Assembly (NCBI GenBank): GCA_964540145.1
Contig: CAZILS010000001.1
Coordinates: 19,640 to 83,639, forward strand
DNA length: 64,000 nt
Direction: 5' to 3'
From: an uncultured archaeon
GTDB lineage: Archaea; Iainarchaeota; Iainarchaeia; Iainarchaeales; CAZILS01
The first letter of the stretch is position 1. The number at the start of each line of letters is the position of its first letter. The notes below the pieces were generated by a model. That model was not told the DNA's origin. It searched no databases and was given only the letters and a program-made list of their open reading frames with translations. Both the position numbers and the translations under genes were made by a program. Below, one piece after another: positions 9,707 through 19,749 of the stretch.

Positions 9707-11131
9707 ATGGAATTGGATAAGGACACGGCGATAGAAAGGATTTCCGCAGGGAGCGGGAAGAGCATAGAGGAAGTGCAGTCCCTTATCTCCGGCAAAAAAG
9801 GCAAATTTTCGGGCCTTTTGACAGATGTAGGCGCCGCACATATGGTTGCGCGCGAGTTGGGGGTTGAGATTGATGCGCCTAATGGGGCCGGGGGGTTCGG
9901 GCCGGGGGGAGGGGCGTCATCTCGCTCGCGGGGAGAGCCCCTGGAAGCCAAGATTGGCAAGATGCGGCCGGGGATGAATAACATTACGCTTGAGGCAAGG
10001 GTTAAGCATGCGTTTCCAAGCAAGTCTTTTGAGAAGGGGGACAAGAAAGGGGTGTTGTGCAATTTGCTTATCGAAGACGGGAGTGGCGAAATAAGGCTGA
10101 CCTTGTGGAATAATGATGCCAAGAGGTTTGAGCAGGAGAAATTGGAGCGGGGCGCGGCGATAAAACTTGAGGGCTGCTATACGACAGCCTGGAATGATAA
10201 GGTGCAGCTTAACCTTGGGTTTGGCGGAAGCTTTAATATTATTGGCCAAACAGAAGTTCCGGAAGTAGCTGCCGAAATTGTGAAGATTGCCGCACTTAAG
10301 GAAGGCATGGATAACGTTGATTTGTTTGCGAGGGTTTCAAGGATATATGAGGAGCGGAGCTTCGAGAAAGACGGTAAAGAGGGGAAGTTGCTTTCTTTCG
10401 AGTTGGTTGACGAAACAGGAAGGGCGCGGGCAACCGCCTGGAATGATTTGGTTGATGATGCAAAAAAGCTTAGCGCGGGGGAGGCGATTAAGGTTGAAGG
10501 AGGCTATACTAAGGAAGGGCTTAGGGGAATTGACGTTAATTTAGGGTGGAAATCAAGGATTATCCGCAATCCAAAAACAGCAAAGCTTCCCGAGCTTGGG
10601 GAACTTGCCTACGGGGATTCTGCGCCTGTTGAAAACAAGAAAATCACGAAGTTGGAAGACGGGGACTTTGTCGAGTTGGAGGCGAAGGTTGTTGACCTGC
10701 AGAGAGGAAAGTTCCATTACAAAGTCTGCCCAAAGTGCGGCAAGAAGGTTGTTGATATTGATGGAGGGTTGATTTGTGAGGGGTGCGGCGAGGTTGAAGA
10801 GCCTGATATGAAGGCGCTTGTCGGGATTACTTTGGATGACGGAAACGGGGTTATACGGGCTGTTGCCTTCGGGGAGCAGGCCGAGAAGTTGGTTGGGAAG
10901 CAGGGAGATATGTTCAGGGAGCTTTTGCTTAACAGCGCTCCTGAAGAGCTTGAAACAGGGTTTAGGAGTTTTATCCTCGGGAAGACGGTGAAAGTCAGGG
11001 GCCGGTCAAAGATAAACCCGCGGAACGAGGAGCTTGAGCTTGTTATCAATTCGGTTGAGTGTGTTTCAGGGGGGGAGGAAACGCCTTCTTCCAAAGGCAG
11101 CGGCCTCGATATCGAAAAGGAGTATGTCTAA
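9707..11131 (+). CDS. rpa: Replication protein A (ssDNA-binding, multiple OB folds plus zinc ribbon)
   Basis: Three repeated OB-like units (for example GEIRLTLWNNDA and GRARATAWNDLV) and CPKCGKKVVDIDGGLICEGCG. Confidence 0.75.
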   Translation: MELDKDTAIERISAGSGKSIEEVQSLISGKKGKFSGLLTDVGAAHMVARELGVEIDAPNGAGGFGPGGGASSRSRGEPLEAKIGKMRPGMNNITLEARVKHAFPSKSFEKGDKKGVLCNLLIEDGSGEIRLTLWNNDAKRFEQEKLERGAAIKLEGCYTTAWNDKVQLNLGFGGSFNIIGQTEVPEVAAEIVKIAALKEGMDNVDLFARVSRIYEERSFEKDGKEGKLLSFELVDETGRARATAWNDLVDDAKKLSAGEAIKVEGGYTKEGLRGIDVNLGWKSRIIRNPKTAKLPELGELAYGDSAPVENKKITKLEDGDFVELEAKVVDLQRGKFHYKVCPKCGKKVVDIDGGLICEGCGEVEEPDMKALVGITLDDGNGVIRAVAFGEQAEKLVGKQGDMFRELLLNSAPEELETGFRSFILGKTVKVRGRSKINPRNEELELVINSVECVSGGEETPSSKGSGLDIEKEYV

Positions 11132-11308
11132 TTAGGGCGTATGCCGACCAATGGCGGCCTGCGGAGCGAGGTGCATTTGGCACCGGAAATCTCTGCCTTA
11201 AAGAGCTTTAAAAAGCTCGGTGTGTAGTATTATTGAATCGGGCTGCAAGGTGGAACCTCTTTTCCCAAGGGAGTTCTTCAAAAAGCCGCACCGAAGGAGG
11301 ATGATAAA

Positions 11309-12259
11309 ATGGGAGCTAAAGATATCAAGGAAGTCAGTGATTTGCCGGGCATTGGGCCACAGGCACTAGAGAAGCTATTTTCTGCAGGATACAAGTCATT
11401 GGAGAGCATCGCTGTGGCGAGCCCTATGGAGCTTGTTGAGGCCGCGGGTGTGGGGGACGGAACCGCAGACAAGGCGATAAAGGCTGCGAGGGATGCCCTT
11501 GAGATGGGGTATGAGAGTGCGGACAGGATTGCCGAGAGAAGGAAGACTGTAGGAAAGGTCAGTACGGGGAGCACGGAAGTTGATGCCCTGATTGGCGGGG
11601 GAATAGAAACACAGAGCATAACCGAGATTTATGGAAAGTTTGCAAGCGGCAAAACGCAGTGGTGCTTCCAGACCGCCGTGACTACCCAGCTGCCTGTTGA
11701 TAAGGGGGGGCTTGGCGGAAATGTTTTGTACATCGACTCTGAAAACTCATTCAGGCCCGAGAGGGTTATAGCCATTGCAAATAACAATAACCTTGACTCT
11801 GAAAAAGCGCTGAAGAATATTTTTGTTGCAAGGGCGTACAATGCGGACCACCAAATGCTTCTTGTCGATAAGGCCGAGGAGCTTGTCAAGGAGAAAAAGG
11901 TGAAGCTGGTTATTGTCGATTCCCTTACATCCCACTTCCGCTCCGAATTCATCGGCAGGGGAACGCTTGCCAGAAGGCAGCAGAAACTCAGCAAGCATAT
12001 GAGGGCTTTGATGAAACTTGCGGAGATGAATAACATTGCCGTGCTTGTAACAAACCAGGTTATGGAAAGGCCGGATATCATGTTTGGAGACCCTACCGCC
12101 CCGATTGGGGGGAATATTGTGGGGCACGCCTCAAAGACAAGGCTCTATTTAAGAAAGAGCAAGGGCGAGAAGAGAATTGCCAAATTGGTTGATTCCCCGA
12201 GTTTGCCCGATGGCGAAGCAATTTACAGGGTTACGGAGAACGGGCTCGAGGATGTTTAA
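11309..12259 (+). CDS. radA: DNA repair and recombination protein RadA
   Basis: N-terminal HhH (LPGIGPQALEKL), Walker A GKFASGKTQ, Walker B LVIVDS. 316 aa. No intein. Confidence 0.9.
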   Translation: MGAKDIKEVSDLPGIGPQALEKLFSAGYKSLESIAVASPMELVEAAGVGDGTADKAIKAARDALEMGYESADRIAERRKTVGKVSTGSTEVDALIGGGIETQSITEIYGKFASGKTQWCFQTAVTTQLPVDKGGLGGNVLYIDSENSFRPERVIAIANNNNLDSEKALKNIFVARAYNADHQMLLVDKAEELVKEKKVKLVIVDSLTSHFRSEFIGRGTLARRQQKLSKHMRALMKLAEMNNIAVLVTNQVMERPDIMFGDPTAPIGGNIVGHASKTRLYLRKSKGEKRIAKLVDSPSLPDGEAIYRVTENGLEDV

Positions 12260-12747
12260 GATTCCCGGAATGCACGTTCCAAAACAGTCATCTTGTCTCC
12301 GCCGAGGTTGGGGTCAAGGGTGTCAATGCACGCTTCCCTAATCTCGGCATCCTGTATTTTATTGCAGGAAGATTCACTTCTCAGTTCAATGCCTATGTCA
12401 AGGTAGCACTTATCTTTGAAATAGCTGTCCTCAATTCTTGTGCAGATTGAATCGTTTTCTTTTTCAAGGGCAACCGCCTTGTAGCACAAGTCCTTGTGGA
12501 AGTTTTCTTCGGGGGGGTGTTCGGCCTCACATTCCTCGAGGGTGTCGGCGAGGACATCGGTTGCAATTACCTGGGTTTCGGTGAGGGGAAGGTATTCAAC
12601 CAGCTCCTCGGGGCCCTGAATTGTGTCAGGGGCTGAAACCTGCGGCTCGGGCAAAGGCCTGCCTATGCCAAGCAAAAAATAGGCCGCGACGAGTAGCAGC
12701 GCTGCGGCAGCTATTGCGGCAAAGTACGGCTGTCTTTTATCCACCAT
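12256..12747 (-). CDS. Hypothetical membrane-anchored, Cys-containing extracytoplasmic protein
   Basis: N-terminal hydrophobic anchor AAIAAAALLLVAAYFLLGIG, followed by a repeated D-x-C-Y/C pattern. Confidence 0.5.
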   Translation of the reverse strand: MVDKRQPYFAAIAAAALLLVAAYFLLGIGRPLPEPQVSAPDTIQGPEELVEYLPLTETQVIATDVLADTLEECEAEHPPEENFHKDLCYKAVALEKENDSICTRIEDSYFKDKCYLDIGIELRSESSCNKIQDAEIREACIDTLDPNLGGDKMTVLERAFRES

Positions 12748-12800
12748 GCACTATATATGCCCTAAAATGGTTTTTATTGGTTTGCACACCCAAAAAAACT

Positions 12801-13850
12801 ATGGCGTGGCGAAGAAAAGGCAGTATTATTGTTCGTGTTGCCGCGGCGGCGATTGTTTTGGCGGGGTTAGGGCTTTTTTTCGCTCCTGCCCAAATCACCC
12901 CGGCCGAAGGATACGGCGGTGCCGGCGGGTTTGGGGAGGGGGGGCTTTCGGAGGCTGCGGGGGCTGAGGCGCATTTTTGCCCGGAAGAGGATTGTGAAGG
13001 GCTCCTTGCATCGGAGATAGAAAATGCCGGTGATAGTGTCCATTGCGCGTTTTATGACCTTGGTTTGGAGAGGGTTGTGAATGCGTTTGGAGATGCTTCC
13101 GAAAGAGGGGTTGATGCCGGAATTGTTGCAGACAGCGGGATTCGGGGAGCGGGAAAAATAGCCGCGTTGGAAAGCAAAGGCATTATCAGGTTTGACGAGA
13201 GTAGCTCCGACTATATGCACAATAAGTTCTGTGTTTTTGACGGGAAGAAAGTTTTGGTCGGCTCTTTTAACCCCACATTCAACGGGGCGTACAGAAACAA
13301 CAATAATTTTCTGGTAATTGAGAACAGGAAGGTTGCGGAGAATTTTGAGAGGGAGTTCAATGAAATGTGGCAGGGTAAATTTTCGGGGAGTTCCCCAAAG
13401 GAAACCGTGAATGATTTTGAAAGCGGGTATGAGGTGGTGTTCTGCCCGGAGGATGGCTGCGGGGATAAGCTGATTGAGTATGTGGGGAAGGCCAGGTTTA
13501 GGATTGACTGCATGTTCTTTTCATTTACGCACGATGCTGTTGCGGAGGCGATGAATGAGGCAAATGAACAGGGTGTTGGGGTGAGGGTTGTGTTTGAGAA
13601 ACGCCAAAACAGCAAATATTCCGCATACCATAAACTGGATGAGGGCATCGAAAAATTGGTTGACGGCAACCCTTACAATATGCACAATAAGTTCTGTGTT
13701 TTTGACAATGAGATTGTTATGGCGGGGTCTATGAACCCCTCTAAACATTCGGACAATGACAATGACGAGAGTGTTGTGTTTTTGAGGAATAAGGAAATTG
13801 CCAAAGAGTACGGCGAGTACTTTCTCGGCAAGTGGAATGAATGGAGTTAG
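12801..13850 (+). CDS. Phospholipase D/nuclease superfamily protein (two HKD motifs), N-terminal membrane anchor
   Basis: HNKFCVFDGKKVLVGSFNPT and HNKFCVFDNEIVMAGSMNPS. Start moved to ATG 12801 because the longer ORF overlaps the converging upstream gene. Confidence 0.8.
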   Translation: MAWRRKGSIIVRVAAAAIVLAGLGLFFAPAQITPAEGYGGAGGFGEGGLSEAAGAEAHFCPEEDCEGLLASEIENAGDSVHCAFYDLGLERVVNAFGDASERGVDAGIVADSGIRGAGKIAALESKGIIRFDESSSDYMHNKFCVFDGKKVLVGSFNPTFNGAYRNNNNFLVIENRKVAENFEREFNEMWQGKFSGSSPKETVNDFESGYEVVFCPEDGCGDKLIEYVGKARFRIDCMFFSFTHDAVAEAMNEANEQGVGVRVVFEKRQNSKYSAYHKLDEGIEKLVDGNPYNMHNKFCVFDNEIVMAGSMNPSKHSDNDNDESVVFLRNKEIAKEYGEYFLGKWNEWS

Positions 13851-14470
13851 CTTTCCGACTTTGCGCTGATTTTCTTCAGGCGGAAGATGTCTTCCCTTTC
13901 CATCTCCTCAAGCCTAAGCCTTATGAAACGGGCCTGGCCCTCGAGCACGGGTATAACCCTGTACTCAAGTGCGTTAACTCGCCTCTTGGTCTTGTCTATC
14001 TCGGCCAAAAGCTTTTTCAGTGTGTTTTCTATCTCCGCCGCGGTGATGACGTTCTTCAGGACTTCTTCATATTTCGCGGCGGCGTTGTCTATGTAGCTGC
14101 TTGTTCCTATCGCGCCATAGCCTCTTTCATTGAATGCCCTTACGGTGTGCTCCGACCTTATTTCGGGAACGACAACACCCATAACGTTTCTTGTTTTGAG
14201 TTCAATATCTGCTTTGTTCTTCAACGCCAGGCTTGCGGAGGTTACCGCCATTGTTCCGTCGACTGCCCTTGCGACATTTATCGCCTCGATTGCCTTGATA
14301 TAAACATCTGACATCGCGGACTTTGCCTCTTTGGCCTGCTCAAGCACATTGAAGAATTCCTTTATCAGGCCGTCCCTCTTTCGCTTAAGGAGGGAATGGC
14401 CTGACTTGGCGAGCTTTATCTTTTTCCTTAGCTTAATCAGCTCGCTCCGGGTTGGTTTTATGTTTGCCAT
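13847..14470 (-). CDS. atpD: A-type ATP synthase subunit D
   Basis: MANIKPTRSELIKLRKKIKLAKSGHSLLKRKRDGLI. Last gene of the atp operon. Confidence 0.9.
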   Translation of the reverse strand: MANIKPTRSELIKLRKKIKLAKSGHSLLKRKRDGLIKEFFNVLEQAKEAKSAMSDVYIKAIEAINVARAVDGTMAVTSASLALKNKADIELKTRNVMGVVVPEIRSEHTVRAFNERGYGAIGTSSYIDNAAAKYEEVLKNVITAAEIENTLKKLLAEIDKTKRRVNALEYRVIPVLEGQARFIRLRLEEMEREDIFRLKKISAKSES

Positions 14471-14479
14471 TCGCTAACC

Positions 14480-15961
14480 CTATTTCTTTTTGGCCTTTGC
14501 CTTATTCCTTGGCTTGGCTTTCCCTTTTGGGGCGGGCTTTCCCTTTTGGGGCGGGGTTTCCTTTGGCGCCCCCGCTGCAGGAGCGGGTTTCTTCGCTGCC
14601 TGCGGGCCCTTGCCCATGTATTTGTCGATGAGGGCATCCTCTATCCTTGTTAGCTCCTCTTTCGGCAGCAGCTCGAGAAGTTCCCAGCCGATGTCAAGGG
14701 TTTTTCCTATATCCCTGTCTTCTGTCTCGGCCTGCTTGACAAACTTGTTTTCAAACGCTTCCGCGAATTTTAGGAAACTCCTGTCCCTTTCCGTCAGGGC
14801 CTCTTCCCCGACAATTGCGACAAGTCCCCTAAGAGCAACGCCCTCGGCATAGCCCGCATATATCTGGTTGGACAGTGCCTTGTGGTCTTCTCTTGTTGTC
14901 TTTGGGCCTATTCCCGCGTTCATCAGCCTCGATAGGCAGGGCATGACATCTATCGGGGGGTAGATTCCTTTCATGTGCAGTTCCCTGCTAAGGACAATCT
15001 GGCCTTCGGTGATGTAGCCTGTCAGGTCGGGGATAGGGTGTGTTATGTCGTCTCCCGGCATTGTCAGGATAGGGAGCTGTGTTATAGAGCCCTCCTTGCC
15101 TTCAATCAGGCCCGCCCTCTCGTAAATGGAGGCGAGGTCTGTGTACATGTATCCCGGGTAGCCTCTCCTTCCGGGAACCTCCTCCCTCGCAGCCCCTATT
15201 TCCCTCAAGGCCTCGCAGTAGTTGGTCATATCTGTGAGGATAACCAAAACCTGGTAGCCGTGCTCGTATGCGAGGTATTCGGCCGCGGTTAGCGCCATCT
15301 TCGGGGTTATCAGCCTTTCAATTGCGGGGTCGTCCGCAAGGTTGAGGAAAAGGATTGCCCTTTCGAGAGCGCCTGTTTCCTCAAAATCCTTTATGAACTG
15401 CTTTGATTCCTCGTTTGTTATTCCCATTGCCGCAAAAACAACCGCTGTGTTGCCTGTTATCTTCACCTGCCTCGCAATCTGCAGGGCGATTGAGTTGTGG
15501 GGCAGGCCAGAACCCGAAAAAATCGGGAGCTTCTGCCCTTTTACAAGTGTGTTCATCCCGTCAATGGATGATACTCCTGTCTGGATGAAGTCTTTGGGCG
15601 AGGCTCTTGCAAACGGATTTATTGAAGCGCCGACAATGTCCCTTCGCTCCTCCGGAACGATTGCCGGGCCGTTGTCGATTGGCTCGCCCAAGCCGTTCAA
15701 AACCCTCCCGAGGAGATTGGCGGTTACTGAAAGCTTTATGGTTTCTCCTGTGAAACGGACAACCGACTTTCTGCTTATTCCCGAGGTGCCTTCGAAGACC
15801 TGTGCAACGACCAAATCGTCGCTTGTGTCCAGCACTTGCCCTTTCTTTATCGAGCCGTCGGCGAGCCTTATGTTTATCAGCTCGGCGTACGCGATTGGCT
15901 CTGTCTTCTCGACAAAGACAAGCGGGCCTGTTACTTTGGTTATTGTCTTGTATTCCTTCAT
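14480..15961 (-). CDS. atpB: A-type ATP synthase subunit B, with a Lys/Pro/Ala-rich C-terminal tail
   Basis: Conserved B-subunit core ([15 protein letters not shown]). ATG 15961 has GGTGG 5 nt upstream. Confidence 0.9.
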   Translation of the reverse strand: MKEYKTITKVTGPLVFVEKTEPIAYAELINIRLADGSIKKGQVLDTSDDLVVAQVFEGTSGISRKSVVRFTGETIKLSVTANLLGRVLNGLGEPIDNGPAIVPEERRDIVGASINPFARASPKDFIQTGVSSIDGMNTLVKGQKLPIFSGSGLPHNSIALQIARQVKITGNTAVVFAAMGITNEESKQFIKDFEETGALERAILFLNLADDPAIERLITPKMALTAAEYLAYEHGYQVLVILTDMTNYCEALREIGAAREEVPGRRGYPGYMYTDLASIYERAGLIEGKEGSITQLPILTMPGDDITHPIPDLTGYITEGQIVLSRELHMKGIYPPIDVMPCLSRLMNAGIGPKTTREDHKALSNQIYAGYAEGVALRGLVAIVGEEALTERDRSFLKFAEAFENKFVKQAETEDRDIGKTLDIGWELLELLPKEELTRIEDALIDKYMGKGPQAAKKPAPAAGAPKETPPQKGKPAPKGKAKPRNKAKAKKK

Positions 15962-15971
15962 CGAAACCACC

Positions 15972-17714
15972 TCACTTCCCCATTCCCGCGAATTCCTTTT
16001 TCATTTCCTCGCGGATGGATTTTACTTCCGCTTCGAACTTGTTTTCAGGCGTGAAGCGTATTTTTGTCAGTTTTGCCTTTGCCTTTGAGCCCAGAATCGG
16101 CTCAATCGGGACTTCCGAGGCGAGGGCGCCTTCGGCAAGCTCGGAGTAGAGCATTATCGCCTTCATCATCCCGTACTGTTTTTTCATCGAGCAGAAACTG
16201 TCTATTTCATGGAACGCATCCTGCTGGAGGAAGCCTTCCCTTATCAGCTTCGCAACCTCGAGGGTTATCCTCTCCCTTTCCGGGAGGGCGTCGCTTCCAA
16301 CCAACTGCACGATTTCCTGGAGGGAAGACTCTTTCTGGAGAATGTTCATTGCCTTCGCCCTGACCTCGGGCCACTCCTCCGCAATCTCCCTCTTGAACCA
16401 TGCCTTGAGGGTGTTTGCGTAGAGTGTGTAGCTGTCAAGCCAGTTAATTGCAGGGAAGTGCCTCCTCTGCGAGAGCTTGCTGTCTAATGCCCAGAAAACC
16501 TTTGTTATTTTCAGGGTGTTCTGTGTCACAGGCTCGGAGAAGTCCCCTCCCGGGGGCGAGACCGCCCCAACAGCGGTTACAGAACCATTTCTGCCTTCTT
16601 GCCCTATGCAGATGACCCTTCCCGCCCTCTCATAGAACTCGGAGAGCCTTGTTCCGAGGTAAGCAGGGTATCCTTCTTCCCCGGGCATCTCCTCAAGCCT
16701 TGAGGAGATTTCCCTCATCGCCTCCGCCCACCTCGAGGTCGAGTCGGCCATCAAAGAGACATCATAGCCCTGGTCCCTAAAATATTCTGCGAGTGTCATC
16801 CCGGTGTATATTGAGGCTTCCCTTGCGGCAACCGGCATGTTTGACGTATTCGCAATCAGCACAGTCCTCTCCATCAGGGGTTTCCCTGTTCTGACGTCCT
16901 GCAGCTCGGGGAATTCCTTCAAAACTTCGGTCATTTCGTTTCCTCGTTCTCCGCAGCCGATGTAGACAACAAGTTCGGTGTCGGACCATTTGGCAAGCTG
17001 GTGCTGTGTGACCGTCTTTCCGGAGCCGAACGGTCCGGGAATTGATGCTGCACCGCCTTTCGCGACGGGGAACAGGCCGTCAAGAATCCTCTGGCCTGTT
17101 ATCAGCGGTATTTCCGGGAGAAGTTTTTCCTTCACAGGGCGGGGTTTTCTGACCGGCCACTTGTGGGAGAGTTTTAACTTTGTCCCGTCTGCCAAAGTCC
17201 CTATAACCTCGGTTACCGTGTACTTCCCCGGCTTGATTTCTTTTATTGTTCCGCTTATTGTGGGGGGGACAAGTATTTTGTGGTCGATTGTCTCGGTTTC
17301 CTTGACTGTTCCGAGAACATCCCCGCCCCGGACTTCCTCGCCGGGCTTTACGGTTGCTTTGAAGTCCCATTTCTTGGAGCGGTCCAAGCCCGGCACTGAA
17401 ACCCCCCTCATTATGAAGTCCCCCATGCGTTCTTTCAGGACGGGCAAGGGCCTCTGTATGCCGTCGTAAATCTGCTTGAGCAGCCCCGGCCCCAATTCGA
17501 CAGAAAGGGGCTCTTTTGTGTTTACGACAGGCTCGCCCGGCTTCAGGCCTGTGGTGTCCTCGTAAACCTGTATTGTCAGGAGTTCGCCATCAATCCTGAT
17601 AACCTCCCCCATAAGCTTTTCATCGCCAACCTGCACAAGGTCATACATCTTTGCATCAAGGCCTTTTGCGACAACAACCGGCCCGGAAATCCTGTATATC
17701 TTCGCTACTTCCAT
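15972..17714 (-). CDS. atpA: A-type ATP synthase catalytic subunit A (intein-free)
   Basis: Walker [20 protein letters not shown]. 580 aa. Confidence 0.95.
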   Translation of the reverse strand: MEVAKIYRISGPVVVAKGLDAKMYDLVQVGDEKLMGEVIRIDGELLTIQVYEDTTGLKPGEPVVNTKEPLSVELGPGLLKQIYDGIQRPLPVLKERMGDFIMRGVSVPGLDRSKKWDFKATVKPGEEVRGGDVLGTVKETETIDHKILVPPTISGTIKEIKPGKYTVTEVIGTLADGTKLKLSHKWPVRKPRPVKEKLLPEIPLITGQRILDGLFPVAKGGAASIPGPFGSGKTVTQHQLAKWSDTELVVYIGCGERGNEMTEVLKEFPELQDVRTGKPLMERTVLIANTSNMPVAAREASIYTGMTLAEYFRDQGYDVSLMADSTSRWAEAMREISSRLEEMPGEEGYPAYLGTRLSEFYERAGRVICIGQEGRNGSVTAVGAVSPPGGDFSEPVTQNTLKITKVFWALDSKLSQRRHFPAINWLDSYTLYANTLKAWFKREIAEEWPEVRAKAMNILQKESSLQEIVQLVGSDALPERERITLEVAKLIREGFLQQDAFHEIDSFCSMKKQYGMMKAIMLYSELAEGALASEVPIEPILGSKAKAKLTKIRFTPENKFEAEVKSIREEMKKEFAGMGK

Positions 17715-18004
17715 AGGTCTACCCCCAGTGTTCTTTTTATGGATTCTCTAAGGTCGGACTTGCCTTCTTTTTCCGTAATCGTGACAATTACAGGCCTTAC
17801 CGCCCTATCAAGCATTTTTTTTGTTTTGTTATTGATTTTGTTCATGTCCTTTTCATCCATAACCAGAATTCCTATCTCTTCCCGCCCCATTACATCCGCT
17901 ATCTCGGCGTCGAGGTTGCCTTGGGAAACGATTGCGTTTCTAACACCGGCCAACCTAAAGCCTGTTACAAAATCATCTGTTCCAAGTATTGCTATCTCCA
18001 TCAT
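17705..18004 (-). CDS. atpF: A-type ATP synthase subunit F
   Basis: 99 aa, [18 protein letters not shown]. Position between C and A. Confidence 0.8.
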   Translation of the reverse strand: MMEIAILGTDDFVTGFRLAGVRNAIVSQGNLDAEIADVMGREEIGILVMDEKDMNKINNKTKKMLDRAVRPVIVTITEKEGKSDLRESIKRTLGVDLWK

Positions 18005-18903
18005 ACCACCATGTGTTTCTCGATTGTTTCCTCGGGGAGGCCAGAATGTTTGCCCCTTGCAAGTATCCTTATGTTCCTTGTTTCGTTTTCCTTCGCAAGG
18101 AAGTACCCCATCATGGGCCGCGGGGTGTATGAGAACTCATGTAACATCCGGTTTCCGAGTTTCATAAGCTTCTCCCGGTAAGCGATCTCCAAATCCTGGA
18201 GATTTTCCACACCTATTTCTTTTAGGTTCCTTGTTCCGCCTTCCAGGGGCATGAAGTTTATTGCGGATGCCTTTGACCTCGCGGTGTTTAGTGAGTTGAC
18301 AAGGTCAATCTCCGCCCTTATGTATTTTGAGAGTGATGCAGGGGCTCCCTTGGCAAGGTCCTTGTAATACTGCCTGTCAAGGGCATCTTCCATTGCGGAA
18401 AGGTCTTTTGAGTGTTTTTTAAGGAGCGGGTAGTAGGGTGTTCTTGCGAATGCCTCTATTGCCTCCTCGACAGACCTTGCTTTTGATATCGTTTCCTTAA
18501 GGAAGCTTTCCTCCAGCTTTCCTGCGGGAATTAGGAGAACAAATATTTCCTCATCGCTTGCCCCTGTCTGCTTTCCACGCAGGACTGTCTTTATGTTCCA
18601 GATATCCCACTTCGAGGTTAAGAGCGTTGCGTATTTCTTTGAGTCCTTTATCGAGAACTTCATTATTTTTGAGAATGTGTGGGCCAGGTTCCTCGCGAGC
18701 GCATACTCGATCAGGTTTACCCCCTCAAAATGCGTTCCCATCTCGTCGATTTCTCTCCTATAGCCCGCGTTCGAAATGAACGATGCAAGCTCGGGCAGGG
18801 ACATCTTTGCCATCTTGCCGTAGTCCTGCGGCTTGAGCAGCTTTCCCTTCATCGCCTTTATCCTCGTGTTGGTGTAGGAATAGCCACCCCCGCCCAGAAT
18901 CAC
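18001..18903 (-). CDS. atpC: A-type ATP synthase subunit C
   Basis: 300 aa, YSYTNTRIKAMKGKLL N-terminus, operon position. GTG start overlapping the atpE stop. Confidence 0.8.
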   Translation of the reverse strand: MILGGGGYSYTNTRIKAMKGKLLKPQDYGKMAKMSLPELASFISNAGYRREIDEMGTHFEGVNLIEYALARNLAHTFSKIMKFSIKDSKKYATLLTSKWDIWNIKTVLRGKQTGASDEEIFVLLIPAGKLEESFLKETISKARSVEEAIEAFARTPYYPLLKKHSKDLSAMEDALDRQYYKDLAKGAPASLSKYIRAEIDLVNSLNTARSKASAINFMPLEGGTRNLKEIGVENLQDLEIAYREKLMKLGNRMLHEFSYTPRPMMGYFLAKENETRNIRILARGKHSGLPEETIEKHMVV

Positions 18904-19457
18904 GCAAACACCTTTCCATAAATTTGCTTCATCTCGCTTTCAAGGACTTTCCGGAGGATTACATCGAAGGAGTAGTTCACCATCAGCTCTCCGTTTGCGT
19001 CTTCCAGGATTACTCCCCCCAATATGTTCGCCGGTTCCTTGAAAGAAAGGCCTTTGGCAAGCTTTGCAAACATCGGCTTATCCTTTTCAGCGCAATAGTA
19101 GTACTTTGCGTTTGGCAATTCCTTCTTTGCCTGCTGAAGGAGTTTTTTGGCCAAAGCCTCCTTGTCCTTGAGCTTGGATATTTTTTCCCTTGCTTTTTCG
19201 GAAACCTTTTCCATTATTTCCTTCTTTGTGCTAAGCTCTTCCTTTTTCAGGGCGATTTTGGTGGAGGAAGCCTGCCTTTGCTTCATTGCGCCAATTTCCG
19301 CATCAAGCTCTTTCCTTGTGTTTTCGGCTGCTTCATCGGCCTTTTTCTTCGCGTCAGAGATTATTTTTGAGGCTTCTTTCCTTGCTTCCGCCAGGTTTTT
19401 TTCGGCGCGCCTGTGCGCCTCATTCCCTATCTCCGAGATTACCTTTTCTAGGGCCAT
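18900..19457 (-). CDS. atpE: A-type ATP synthase subunit E
   Basis: 185 aa, charged coiled-coil N-terminus. Operon position. Confidence 0.75.
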   Translation of the reverse strand: MALEKVISEIGNEAHRRAEKNLAEARKEASKIISDAKKKADEAAENTRKELDAEIGAMKQRQASSTKIALKKEELSTKKEIMEKVSEKAREKISKLKDKEALAKKLLQQAKKELPNAKYYYCAEKDKPMFAKLAKGLSFKEPANILGGVILEDANGELMVNYSFDVILRKVLESEMKQIYGKVFA

Positions 19458-19469
19458 CTATATTTCCCC

Positions 19470-19736
19470 TTAGTGTGCAACTGCTGCTGCGGCATCTGCG
19501 GCGGGAATGTTTGCGGCAAGGCCGAGTATCATTATGGCGATGACCAATCCGAAGATGACGAGCGTTTCCGGTATGACTGTAAGGATAAGGCCCTTACCAA
19601 AAAGCTCCTCTTTTTCGGCCATTGCTCCGACCGCCGCCGTGCCAATCTCCTTTTCTGCGATGCCCGCACCTATTGCCGAGCCCGCCAAGGCGATGCCCGC
19701 ACCTATTGCTATTAGACCTAAATTCATGTCTGCCAT
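19470..19736 (-). CDS. atpK: A-type ATP synthase proteolipid subunit K (c)
   Basis: 88 aa two-helix hairpin, GAGIALAGSAIGAGIA, carboxylate in VIPETLVIFGLV. ATG 19736 is preceded by AGGAGGAG. The longer track ORF would overlap atpI. Confidence 0.85.
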   Translation of the reverse strand: MADMNLGLIAIGAGIALAGSAIGAGIAEKEIGTAAVGAMAEKEELFGKGLILTVIPETLVIFGLVIAIMILGLAANIPAADAAAAVAH

Positions 19737-19749
19737 GGTTTTCTCCTCC

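Noticed and set aside
12621-12800. N-terminal 60-aa extension of the PLD-like ORF
   Set aside because: It overlaps the converging minus-strand gene 12256..12747. The internal ATG at 12801 is followed directly by a signal-anchor sequence.
15342-16088. 248-aa plus-strand ORF, and many similar 60-250-aa ORFs antisense to strongly supported genes throughout the window (for example 242..529, 1954..2529, 3188..3790, 25785..26927, 38741..39544, 60316..60882)
   Set aside because: Each lies entirely opposite a gene with clear family motifs. Their translations are Ser/Pro/Leu/Arg-rich and low in complexity, with no motif of their own. This is typical of antisense shadow ORFs.
15972-17714. Checked atpA for a VMA-type intein, and radA (11309..12259) for an intein
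   Set aside because: Both have canonical lengths (580 and 316 aa) and uninterrupted Walker A motifs.
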